From Syntrophales bacterium (GTDB lineage Bacteria; Desulfobacterota; Syntrophia; Syntrophales; UBA4778): DNA of 64,000 bases. The notes under the pieces were generated by a model. The model ran no database searches, was not told the origin of the DNA, and saw only the letters and a program-made list of their open reading frames with translations. The stretch covers positions 585,165 through 649,164 of the forward strand of contig CAXXQE010000006.1 in NCBI GenBank assembly GCA_963665615.2, given 5' to 3'. This document shows positions 9,031-18,226 of the stretch, one piece after another. Within the stretch, counting starts at the first letter, position 1; every line of letters begins with the position of its first letter. Made by a program: the position numbers and the translations under genes.

Positions 9031-9975
9031 TTACATAAGCGGCATTAAGGCAAACAAGCCAAATCCCTTAAAGATGGAGATCAATGTAACCCCTAGTGCA
9101 ATGGCAAGCGCCGGTGGATCGATATGCGTATCAGCATGGACCAAAAAAACACCTGCCAGGAACTGACCCAGAAAAGCCGTAATGACACCAAAAAGGCCTC
9201 CCCAGAGCGCGCTCCCGCTGCCAATAGCGGCCAACGCCGCTACCAAGGTTATATGGTGGGTAACCGGAATCATGAGTCCGAACTGCAGGAAGACGAGGCT
9301 TACCAGCGAAAATCCGAAGCCGATAAATGCGCCGCCCCCCTTGGCCCCCATCATCATCGCAATGTAGCTTGAGACAAATCCGGCGGCGATGCCGATAAGC
9401 AGAAGTTCAAAAAAGCCTTGCTGCCAGGGGACCCAAACGCGATCATCTTTAAAGCTAAAGCGGCTCATTCCTTCAGGCACTTTCCCGAAAAGACCCGTCT
9501 TCCCGAAAACCCATCGAGCAATAAACGTGGTAATCGTTAACGCCATGGCCATATTATCTGTCCACGGCAGGCCCTTGATCTTGAACGGGATAAATGTCGC
9601 GAAGACCCACAGAATAGTCGCTGCCAGGACGCCAAAAAGGCCGCCAACGAGCAAGACATCCGGGCGCTTCAATCCCATTAGCGGTGTCGTGAGGTCGCGT
9701 CCTGACGCAATGTAACCCCTTCTGCCGGCATAAGCGGCCGCCGCGCAGGCGCCACCGTATATCATAAAGCCAGACCCATAACTGAGGCCTACATTGAACA
9801 GATATGCCGGGCTTCCCCCGGCAGCCATCGTTGCCGCGCCGGCGAACATAACGACGCCGACAACAGCAAAGACCGGAATGACTCCGAATGCAGTAGCAAA
9901 CATACCACCCGCAAAGGCGAGTAAAATATGGTGAATACTCATACCTCCAAGAGCTATCGACAGTTCATTGGCCAT
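9031..9975 (-). CDS. Polytopic membrane protein of unknown function
   Basis: ORF 9031..10002. The ATG at 9975 (MANELSIAL...) has AAGGAG 9 nt upstream. About 8-9 Gly/Ala-rich hydrophobic segments. No family recognised. Confidence 0.7.
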   Translation of the reverse strand: MANELSIALGGMSIHHILLAFAGGMFATAFGVIPVFAVVGVVMFAGAATMAAGGSPAYLFNVGLSYGSGFMIYGGACAAAAYAGRRGYIASGRDLTTPLMGLKRPDVLLVGGLFGVLAATILWVFATFIPFKIKGLPWTDNMAMALTITTFIARWVFGKTGLFGKVPEGMSRFSFKDDRVWVPWQQGFFELLLIGIAAGFVSSYIAMMMGAKGGGAFIGFGFSLVSLVFLQFGLMIPVTHHITLVAALAAIGSGSALWGGLFGVITAFLGQFLAGVFLVHADTHIDPPALAIALGVTLISIFKGFGLFALMPLM

Positions 9976-10129
9976 AAGATGCAACTCCTTAGTATTTCCC
10001 ACTATTATCTCGCTGATAATAGCGGGTTCTCTAAATTATTGAAGATAGATGCTGCCACTCCATAATAGTCAGTTGCTGATTCAATCGGCGTCGCTATTAT
10101 GGCTAAATGACTACCTTAGAGAATAATAG

Positions 10130-12577
10130 CTATCTTGTTATCCCTCTAAGATAAACCTCGCCCGTTTTCTTGTCGGTCTTGCCCATGATAAAGCGGGACA
10201 GGGCAGGAATGAAAACGAGCGCTCCAATCATGTTATAGAAGAACATAAACGAAAGCAGAACGCCCATGTCGGCCTGGAATTTAATTGGCGACCATGCCCA
10301 GGTGACAACGGCACTGGCCAGTGTGATTCCGACCAAGGCAACGACTTTCCCTGTAAAACGAAGGGACCGCTTGTAGGATTCCCCAAGCGGGAGGCCGTTT
10401 CTCATATGCATCAACATAACGCTAAGCAGATACAAAGCGTAATCGACACCGATCCCGACGCCCAGTGCAATAACCGGAAGGGTAGCCACCTTGACGCCGA
10501 TCCCTAATACCACCATGAGCGCCTCGCACAGGATCGAGGTAAGAACCAGCGGAATAATTGCTACCAGTACTGCTCGCCAGTTGCGGAATGTAATGAAGCA
10601 CAATGCAATAACTGCTAAATACACATAACCCATCATGATGCGGTTTTCCCGCTTGACCACGATGTTGGTGGCCGCATCAATTCCCGCAGTCCCCGCTGCA
10701 AGCAGAAACTGTCTGTCCGGCACAGAGTGCTTCTGTGCAAAGGCAGCGGACGTCTCCACCACGCTTGTCAGCGTATCTGCTTTATGATCCGTCAAATAAC
10801 AAATAACCGGCAGGACAGTCGCCTGGTTGTTGTAGAGGTCCGTATTGTTGGTGCGCGCCAGTTGCACACCATAGTTCAGTTCGTTCTGATTACGGGTGAG
10901 GGAGAACATTTTCGGATTCCCTTCATAGGATGCGGAAATCAGCACACGAGCAGCATCCGGCAGGGCGCTGACAACTTGAACCCCCGGCAGCTTTCGGAGT
11001 TCATGCACAAGGCGATCAACCTCTATAAGTGAATCGTACTTTACGCATCCCTCTCTCGGTGTTTTCACGATAACGGCAAACTGGTCGCTTGAGAGTCCAT
11101 AGTTGGCATTGACAAAAGCGTTATCCTTATTGTAGCGAGAATTGGGTCGAAGCTCGGGCGCCCCTGGATCCAGATCGCCGATTTTGACATGCTCGCCAAT
11201 GATCGAGCCGATCACGGCGAGGGCAACCAAGGCCACCAGTGCGCTTACGGCCCAACTCTTTTTTTCGGCAAAATGATTGAGAATATTCCAGACCGCGCCC
11301 GCCTTTTTACCTTCACTCTCTTCACTCTCCTGCCGTAAGCTCCTCTTGGCCGCTACAGGGCTTACGCCGACATAGGACAGAAGCACCGGCAAAAGAATCA
11401 GGTTCGTAAAGATGACGACGAAAACACCGACGCTGGCCGTCAATGCAAGATCCCGGATGACCGGAATCTCGATCCGCATGAGCACGGCAAATCCAACTGC
11501 CGCCGCAGAAAGCGCGGTCAGACCGGGGAGAAAAAGCCTGCGAAAAGTATATCGTGCCGCTACCAGTTTGTGTGTGCCGCGACCGACATCCTGCATGATA
11601 CCGTTCATCTTCTGAGTGCCGTGTGATACGGCAATGGCAAAAACGAGGAACGGCACCAGGATGGAGTAGGGATCCAGCTCAAAACCTAACATGGTAATGA
11701 TCCCGAGCTGCCAGAGCACCGCGAGTGCGGAACAGCAGATCAACAGAACCGTACTGCGCAGACACCGCGTGAAAATAAAAATGATGATGCCGGCAATGAG
11801 GATCGCGAACAGAAAGAAGGTCATCACCTGCTTCAATCCCGCAATCAGATCGCCAACGATTTTAGCAAATCCGGTGATGTGTATTTTGATGGCGCCTTTC
11901 GACTGAAGTTCATATTTATCGCGGATCTTGTCGAGCGTGTTAGAAAGTTTGCTGTAATCAAGCCGTTTTCCAGTTGTAAAATCTGTGTCCAGCAGGGACA
12001 CCAGCACCATGCTCGATTTGGCATTATCAGCAACAATACTGCCGATGATCGATGCACGGGCGACATTTAATTTAACCTGCTGCAAGCTCTCCGGGGAACC
12101 ATTGTAGCCGTCGCCTATGACAGGGCCGGCTTTAAAGCCTTCCTCGGTAACGATATTCCATCGTACACAGGGCGTCCAGAGCGACTTCATCCACGAGCGA
12201 TCAACGCCGGGAAGCAGAAATATCTCATCACTGACATGCTTGAGTGTCTCCAGGTAGGCGGTATCATAAATATCGCCTTTCGTGGTCTCCACCGCTATAC
12301 GCACGGTGTTGCCGAGGCCGCGCAATTCACTCTGGTTTGCAAGATAATTTTTGATGTAGGGGCTGCTTTGCGGAAGCATCTTCTCGAAGCTTGCATTCAG
12401 TGTGAGCTTCGTAGCTTGATATCCGAGAAAGAGCGTGACAAGCAGACATACGATGATCATAATGTGGCGATTATTAAATATTATTCGCTCAAGCAGAACA
12501 CCGGATGACGTGTCAAAATCTTTCACGTCCTTGACAACGGGCATTTGATCGATTTCTTCTTTTTTTGTAATAGCCAT
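10130..12577 (-). CDS. RND-superfamily (MMPL/HpnN-like, COG1033-type) transporter
   Basis: 815 aa. Two blocks of about 6 TM helices, each preceded by a large soluble loop. It sits in the conserved DUF1302-DUF1329-BNR-RND arrangement. Confidence 0.85.
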   Translation of the reverse strand: MAITKKEEIDQMPVVKDVKDFDTSSGVLLERIIFNNRHIMIIVCLLVTLFLGYQATKLTLNASFEKMLPQSSPYIKNYLANQSELRGLGNTVRIAVETTKGDIYDTAYLETLKHVSDEIFLLPGVDRSWMKSLWTPCVRWNIVTEEGFKAGPVIGDGYNGSPESLQQVKLNVARASIIGSIVADNAKSSMVLVSLLDTDFTTGKRLDYSKLSNTLDKIRDKYELQSKGAIKIHITGFAKIVGDLIAGLKQVMTFFLFAILIAGIIIFIFTRCLRSTVLLICCSALAVLWQLGIITMLGFELDPYSILVPFLVFAIAVSHGTQKMNGIMQDVGRGTHKLVAARYTFRRLFLPGLTALSAAAVGFAVLMRIEIPVIRDLALTASVGVFVVIFTNLILLPVLLSYVGVSPVAAKRSLRQESEESEGKKAGAVWNILNHFAEKKSWAVSALVALVALAVIGSIIGEHVKIGDLDPGAPELRPNSRYNKDNAFVNANYGLSSDQFAVIVKTPREGCVKYDSLIEVDRLVHELRKLPGVQVVSALPDAARVLISASYEGNPKMFSLTRNQNELNYGVQLARTNNTDLYNNQATVLPVICYLTDHKADTLTSVVETSAAFAQKHSVPDRQFLLAAGTAGIDAATNIVVKRENRIMMGYVYLAVIALCFITFRNWRAVLVAIIPLVLTSILCEALMVVLGIGVKVATLPVIALGVGIGVDYALYLLSVMLMHMRNGLPLGESYKRSLRFTGKVVALVGITLASAVVTWAWSPIKFQADMGVLLSFMFFYNMIGALVFIPALSRFIMGKTDKKTGEVYLRGITR

Positions 12578-12588
12578 TTTTCTCTCCG

Positions 12589-13731
12589 TTATTTCAACTT
12601 CTTAACTATATGACCCCCAAAGCCCGCAATGACGATAGTATTCCGGTCTGGTGAAGCAACTGCCGCTGCTCCGAACGGTTTGTCCATTTTAACTTTGTCA
12701 AATGCAGCGCCATTCTCTGAACTCAGGAGAACATCTCCACCCTGGCTCACCACAATGATCCTGCCGTCTTCTGTAACGGCCGCACCTACTAGCCCTGAGT
12801 CGACACTGGTATCGATTTTTTTCCAGCTTGCGCCCTTATTTGTGCTTCTGTATACATTACCGCGCATGCCGTATGCGGCCATGGCGCCGCCCTTCCCGGC
12901 GATCCCGAAGAAGGTCCCCTCGTAAGGCGTTTTAATCGGTCTGAACGTCGATGTCTTGCGATCCAGACGCATGAGCAGTCCACGTTCACCGGTAATATAA
13001 ATATCGCCATCAATGGATCGTACGGAATACATGTGCGGATGCTGCAATGGATCACTCACATGGTCAAGCCATGGCTCCCATGTCTTTCCGCCATCGGTTG
13101 TACGGAAAATAATTCCAAACGTTCCGACCAAAAAGCCGGCTTTTTCATTCTCAAAATAAACATCCAAAAACTCCTTGATCGGCGATACGTCCATCGGCAG
13201 ACCAAAAGCAGACATATCCGCGTTAAATTGATCAAGGTTCGCCGGTCCTGACACATTCATCGGCTTGTGCTCTTTATAGAATTTGGTGATCAGCTCGCCG
13301 ACATTGCGAAAATCAAGCTGCTTCACCCACGTTGCACCGGCATCAGTGCTGTGGAGAACGACACCATCATGTCCTACGGCCCAACCTTTCTGCGGCGTTG
13401 GAAAATGGACAGCCACGAGGTCGGCGCTGACCGGCACGGTGGCGCTGATCCAGGTCTTGCCCTTGTCGTCAGAATATAGAATGGTCCCATACTGGCCCAC
13501 GCTGATCAGACGCTTCCCGGCCATTACAATGCCGTTAAACAAAAGCTTTGTTGAAAGAATATCTTTATTAGCAGGAACATAAAGAACGTCAGTCTTGCCT
13601 AGTTCCGTGGTTTTCAAATTGCTGACGGGCGGTGGCGGGGTATTAAGATCTCCCTGGCCGTCGGCTGCCAAAGCGCTCTGCAAAGCGAAGCAAAGCAACA
13701 TCAACAGCGCACTCAATATTTTTTTGCACAT
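12589..13731 (-). CDS. BNR/Ycf48-like beta-propeller protein (secreted)
   Basis: Signal peptide MCKKILSALLMLLCFALQSALA. Repeated SxDxGxTW-type BNR motifs (SDDKGKTW, STDAGATW, TTDGGKTW, STNKGASW). Confidence 0.8.
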   Translation of the reverse strand: MCKKILSALLMLLCFALQSALAADGQGDLNTPPPPVSNLKTTELGKTDVLYVPANKDILSTKLLFNGIVMAGKRLISVGQYGTILYSDDKGKTWISATVPVSADLVAVHFPTPQKGWAVGHDGVVLHSTDAGATWVKQLDFRNVGELITKFYKEHKPMNVSGPANLDQFNADMSAFGLPMDVSPIKEFLDVYFENEKAGFLVGTFGIIFRTTDGGKTWEPWLDHVSDPLQHPHMYSVRSIDGDIYITGERGLLMRLDRKTSTFRPIKTPYEGTFFGIAGKGGAMAAYGMRGNVYRSTNKGASWKKIDTSVDSGLVGAAVTEDGRIIVVSQGGDVLLSSENGAAFDKVKMDKPFGAAAVASPDRNTIVIAGFGGHIVKKLK

Positions 13732-13815
13732 CTGTCTTCTCCCGATTTAAGCTCCCATTTTAGAAATATCATTTTTCCGGTAAAACATTATCATGCGGCA
13801 ATTTAATGATAGAAG

Positions 13816-13864
13816 GCAGGCACTTCCATTTTTGGCAAGCGAGCCAACGAATGAAAGTGCCTGC
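13816..13864 (-). terminator. Stem-loop between the DUF1329 remnant and the BNR gene (possible attenuator/terminator)
   Basis: GCAGGCACTT (13816-13825) pairs with AAGTGCCTGC (13855-13864). There is an inner TTGGC/GCCAA stem. No clean U-tract. Confidence 0.35.
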
Positions 13865-13905
13865 ACCTCTTTTTCTTGTACTCTTCTTATACTTCTAACA
13901 ACTCT

Positions 13906-15303
13906 TTAACGCAGGCCTTTACCCGCCAAGTTATCCGGGGACCAGAAGGCATCCGACTGCTCCGGCATCGCCTTGACATAGGCGCCTTTGAAGCAGTTGT
14001 TGTAAGCATGTGCCAACACCTGGCTCGGCAAATTGTGGACGAAGAATGTATACGAATACGGGGTCAGGATGTCATAGCACTGGAAGAAGTTCATGAAGTT
14101 CGCATGGAACATCTTCCCCTGGGCATCGTAGTTATCATTAGACAAAATGGACCAGGAATCTTCGTCAACATAGAATGTTCTTCGCGGATAGATGTGCCGT
14201 TTGCCCGGTCTCAGTCTGGCTTCAACGATCCAGACTCTGTGCAGCTCCCAACGATAGAGATCCGGATTCGCATAACCTTTATGCTGGTACATATTGGCTT
14301 TCTTGTCACCCAGGTAGAAGCTCATCCTGTAGGTGCTATAAGGAACGTACATTTCTTTTTTGCCGAGAAGATGGAAGGTGTGGCGTATTCTGTCGCCATT
14401 GAACCCGAACGTCTCGTCGTAAGTCATGTTCCCGTCGCCGTCCGTGTTGGGGGTGTCAAATGCGACTTCCGGCGCCAGTTTGACACGCCGCTGACCGGGC
14501 AGATACAGCCAGTTCGTCGGACCAGTGATGCCCTCGCGAATGGTGTGTTTCCATCCATGCCGCCTTCGCCGGCCTTGCGGACCGGGCCGTCAAAGCGCCA
14601 CTGGATGAGCCAATGAATGCCTTGCTTGGGGGCGGTCTTGTTTTGATCCTTGTAATACCATGGCAGTTTCGTTCCAGATTCTGATCGGATCCGATGTGGC
14701 ATAAACACCACCGTTGGAATCCACGATTTTCTGTCATAGTTTTTTGTTGAATCGCAACACCCCGATAGCGAATCACGTGATTCCACATGACTTCGTCGCC
14801 ACTCTTCGGAATCGGAAATGGAATGCCGCCCGCTTCACCCTTAATGGCCATTGCCGTCAGAGTAAGTCTCCACCGACGTGGCGGTTTTCTTCGTAGCTTC
14901 CAGCACATAATCAGGATAAGCGACGGTTCGGTGTGTCGGATAAACATCCATCCGGAAAACCAGGGTATTGTTTAAACAGGGCCTTGGCGCCGTCTGTCAG
15001 TTTATCGGCGTACTGGGCCATGTTTCTGGCGGGTTAATAGAAAACAAAGGCTTCTCATTTTTAAAGGGATCGGTATAGAAACCGGAACCCGGGACATAGT
15101 CGGCAGGCGCCTTGGGTGAGGGCCGCCTGTATAGGGCGGGATCGTTCCCTCTTTATGTTCCGGCTGCCTCTGCACCAAACAGGGTTAGATTTTTCCCCAA
15201 CTGCGCCGCTTCTTCAGGACTTACCTTGGCAAGCACCAGCCCTGAGAAGCAGGTCATCATGGATGACTGCGGACAGCGCGATAATTTTCATGAATTTTGA
15301 CAT
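13906..15303 (-). pseudogene. DUF1329 (LolA-like outer-membrane lipoprotein-sorting family) gene disrupted by several frameshifts
   Basis: Family-typical segments are spread over all three reverse frames:
- Start MSKFMKIIALSAV (ATG 15303, GGAGG upstream), followed by an early stop.
- ...AGNKEGTIPPYTGG only after a frame change.
- GGIPFPIPKSGDEVMWNHVIRYRG (frame of ORF 14456..14947).
- LPWYYKDQNKTAPKQGIHWLIQWRFDGP (ORF 14424..14786).
- GITGPTNWLYLPGQRRVKLAPEVAFDTPNTDGDGNMTYDETFGF... to the stop (ORF 13906..14427). Confidence 0.75.
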
Positions 15304-15324
15304 TATATTTCTACCTCCTTCCTA

Positions 15325-16998
15325 CTAAAAGTTCGTTTTAAAGGTGAAACTGACCCAGTCGCGGTCATAGAGGTATGCATTCAGTCCACCTCTTGCGGCT
15401 GATATGCCGCCCGACGCATCCGTATCGTGATCGCCATAATAAGTATTGTACGACAGCGTAAAATAATACTTCTGCCTGACTTCCGCGCTCACGCCAATGC
15501 TTGCGCTCCCATTGCCTTCGGCATCGCCGCCGTTGAGCGCCGAGTTGCCGAACAGGCCGCGGCTAAAGCTCACGGGCATTGGACAAATTCACGGCCGGCC
15601 AGACATTGAACCAGGTCGGTGTAAATGAAATGGCGATCCCCCATGGCATCTACGTGTCGTCTTGTTAATGCGCCATGGGCCCGCGTCGTTACCCTGGTAA
15701 TAGGCCTCTCCATCGCTTACGCGCTGTACATGGGCATGACGTGAATTCCAGAATGCCCGTTGACGATTCCCAGAGAGTGCGGTGGGCCCGCCAATCTGGA
15801 AGAAGTTGAGGGTCGCCGTGTGAATGTCACCACGGGTACCCGCGGTCTCTCCCTTACCGGGACGGGTTCCTGGGAACGACTATAAGATCACAATTAAAAG
15901 GCTGGTTAGAACGGTAAGCGTATTCCAATCCGATACTGATGCCGCCAAGAGCAAAAGCCGGCGCTTACGCCATAGAGCTTGATATCGTCAGGATAAACAA
16001 AAAAGTATTGAAGGTTGGTCGTGTCAAGATAGATCTGGGGCAGTTGATCGGTGAAGTTACGGTAATAGAATCCCAACTTACCCGATATCGAGTCCAGAAA
16101 CTCCGGTCTCCAGTTAAGTGCGAAACCATAGTCATGCGTTCCATCCGGTTCAATATCACTCTCATGTCTAAAAATAGCGCCCGCCAGCAAAGACTCGCCA
16201 CCCTTGTGAAAAAAGTCAAGGCCTCCCATGTAGCTGCCGCCGTCAGGAACCCGGGCCGGCTGGAACTGGAGAAATTGCTGAAACTGAATACCTACACTGT
16301 TGCTAAGGGTTGCCTGCAAGGACAAAGCGGCTCGCGGCATGAAAAGTTCCTTGACTTCCGACCCAGGTATGGACAACGCCTTGGCGATATCGACGGGGAA
16401 CTGCCCATAAGACGATAGCGTTAATGAATCCTAAAAAGGACTCACCCCAGTACTGCGTGTGGCGCCCCAATTTAAAGTTCACCGGTACCGAGCCGATATC
16501 AACGGATCCGAATACAAACGCGTCAAGAATTTCTCCATAAGCCCCCCGCTCATAATTCTTAACACGCTGGCTAAGGCCAAGATCCTGTGTGCCTTGGTCA
16601 GTAAGGTGGTTCGAAGTCGCCAGGGAGGTGTTATCCATCGGATCCCGATAGCGTGCATCATACCAGCCCGAAGCACTGATCCTGAATCCCTGCTTTTCTT
16701 TGTAGACAAGATCGAACTCCGACAGGATGTCCAGTCGGTTCGTGACAATGCCCATACTGCGGCCAAAATTACGATCGCCGTCATCGTAATTCGGGCTCTT
16801 CAAGAGTGCGTCATCGGGACTGGCAACACGAATACCCAAATTGTACTTTAGTGTGTTGTCCCAGCGCATTTTAATATTTTCGTTATCCGTTTTAAGTTCC
16901 ATTGCCTGAGCCACGTTGCATATCCCGACAAGGAATACAAGCGCCGTCGCAATGAAGCCGAAGCACCACATTCTACGCTTTCTCATCGCATTTTCCAT
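15325..16998 (-). pseudogene. DUF1302 (outer-membrane beta-barrel family) gene disrupted by several frameshifts
   Basis: N-terminal piece with signal peptide MENAMRKRRMWCFGFIATALVFLVGICNVAQA and ...LRWDNTLKYNLGIR (ORF 16303..17046). Middle piece PGSEVKELFMP... (15906..16376). C-terminal piece ending ...DRDWVSFTFKTNF (15325..15579). The stretch 15580-15905 needs further frame changes. Confidence 0.75.
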
Positions 16999-17796
16999 GT
17001 GCCCTCCAAATTTGATTTTGCAGAGATCTTTATTCGCATATCGCATTTAAACCTAGTGTGCTCTCTTGCATTTTCTTAATGTGTAAACTGAAGTAACGCC
17101 AAACGAGCAAGAGAATTGTTCCCGGCTCTTGTTCTGTTCAGCCCGCGCTGTTTTGTTTCGATCACAAAACAAACCCCTTGAAGATTAACCCCATGTTTAA
17201 TCTTCAAAAATTATTACGACCCTCCTTTCTAACTAAATTTATTAGTTCCCCCGATTCAGTGAACCGTCGATGCCCCCGGCCAGGTAAAGTCAGCGTTCCG
17301 TGTTGCGGACATCGGTCATATCGCCGTCATAAACCGCGCCGGGCTCTTCAAGATGACAGTGCCTATCCAACAAGTTAGGGGAATGTGCTTCAAGTCACTG
17401 GCACCTTGAAGCGCAGGTTATCTTTGCGCATCAGGTACGACATACGGTTTTTGCCTCAGATGTCGGCCTGTTGTTTGAGCTCCGGCTACATATGAGGCCG
17501 CCATTACTCTCATCGCTGTCGTGAAGAATGATATGGATCTTCGCCTGCAGGTCTGCATTGCCTTGCATATGTCAAGATACTGGCCTTTTCTGACAGGCAT
17601 AATAACCGCGCTGCGAGAAACCGAAAACACCCCACATAACCAAAATAGCAAATGCCGTTTCCTGCTCCTGAGGAAACGGAAAAATCATCTTGGGTCGGTC
17701 ATTGAGCCATAATGTCGATGTACATTATTGCGGGCACCCCACCCGCATGGTCAGCCCTTAGATTTTGGGCGTTAGATTTTATGACGATTTTAGATA

Positions 17797-17812
17797 AGCA
17801 CGTTGTATGCCA
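17797..17812 (-). promoter_or_regulatory. Sigma-54 (-24/-12) promoter candidate P4, pointing toward the DUF1302 module
   Basis: The reverse strand reads TGGCATacaacGTGCT, with GG and GC in exact consensus register. The palindrome TTGACAggTGTCAA lies 66-79 nt upstream. The first recognisable gene start (16998) is about 790 nt downstream. Confidence 0.45.
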
Positions 17813-17877
17813 TATGAAATATTTAATATTTTCATGATGTTATATAAAAACCACTGTTTAAAATTTTGGTATGACAG

Positions 17878-17900
17878 TTGACAGGTGTCAATATATTTAC
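17878..17900. promoter_or_regulatory. Palindrome TTGACAggTGTCAA overlapping the 15-mer TGTCAATATATTTAC (candidate activator/operator site)
   Basis: Perfect 6-bp arms at 17878-17883 and 17886-17891. The 15-mer at 17886-17900 recurs (14/15) at 18148-18162. Confidence 0.4.
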
Positions 17901-18147
17901 CGTTATTAACACAATATTAAGCCCCCAAAAACTTAAGACACCAAATGCCAAAATATATTTTGTTGTTATTTCAGTATATTAGAAAAATAAATAAACTGGA
18001 TGCGCTCTTTTGTTTTTAAAAATGAGGATCAATACAGCTCTCCCATGGATAGTTATGATGCACAACATATTATAAATATTATATAAATTATTTAATAAAC
18101 GACTCAGGACAACTTTGAAGAGCACGACAAATCGCCACACTGACACA

Positions 18148-18162
18148 TGTTAATATATTTAC
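18148..18162. promoter_or_regulatory. Second copy of the 15-mer TGTYAATATATTTAC, 65-80 bp upstream of the frameshifted activator gene
   Basis: TGTTAATATATTTAC, flanked by TGACAC (18141-18146) and TTGACAC (18168-18174). Confidence 0.35.
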
Positions 18163-18226
18163 GCATGTTGACACGGCATCTCATATTTGCTAGATTTCAA
18201 AAAAATATGAGCTGGAGCTAAAGACA

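Noticed and set aside
13906-16998. Programmed ribosomal frameshifting as an explanation for the broken DUF1329/DUF1302 genes
   Set aside because: There are too many frame changes in both directions (at least 8 in total). I saw no recurring slippery-site pattern. Decay or local sequence error is more parsimonious.
17399-17415. A perfect TGGCAC hexamer that looked like a sigma-54 -24 element (TGGCACcttgaAGCGCA)
   Set aside because: The GC dinucleotide is one nucleotide too close to the GG, so the spacing is off register. There is also no nearby downstream gene on the plus strand.
17867-17882. TGGTATgacagTTGACA as a plus-strand sigma-54 promoter for the frameshifted activator gene
   Set aside because: The -12 position reads GA instead of the near-invariant GC. 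The TTGACA is better explained as half of the TTGACAggTGTCAA palindrome.
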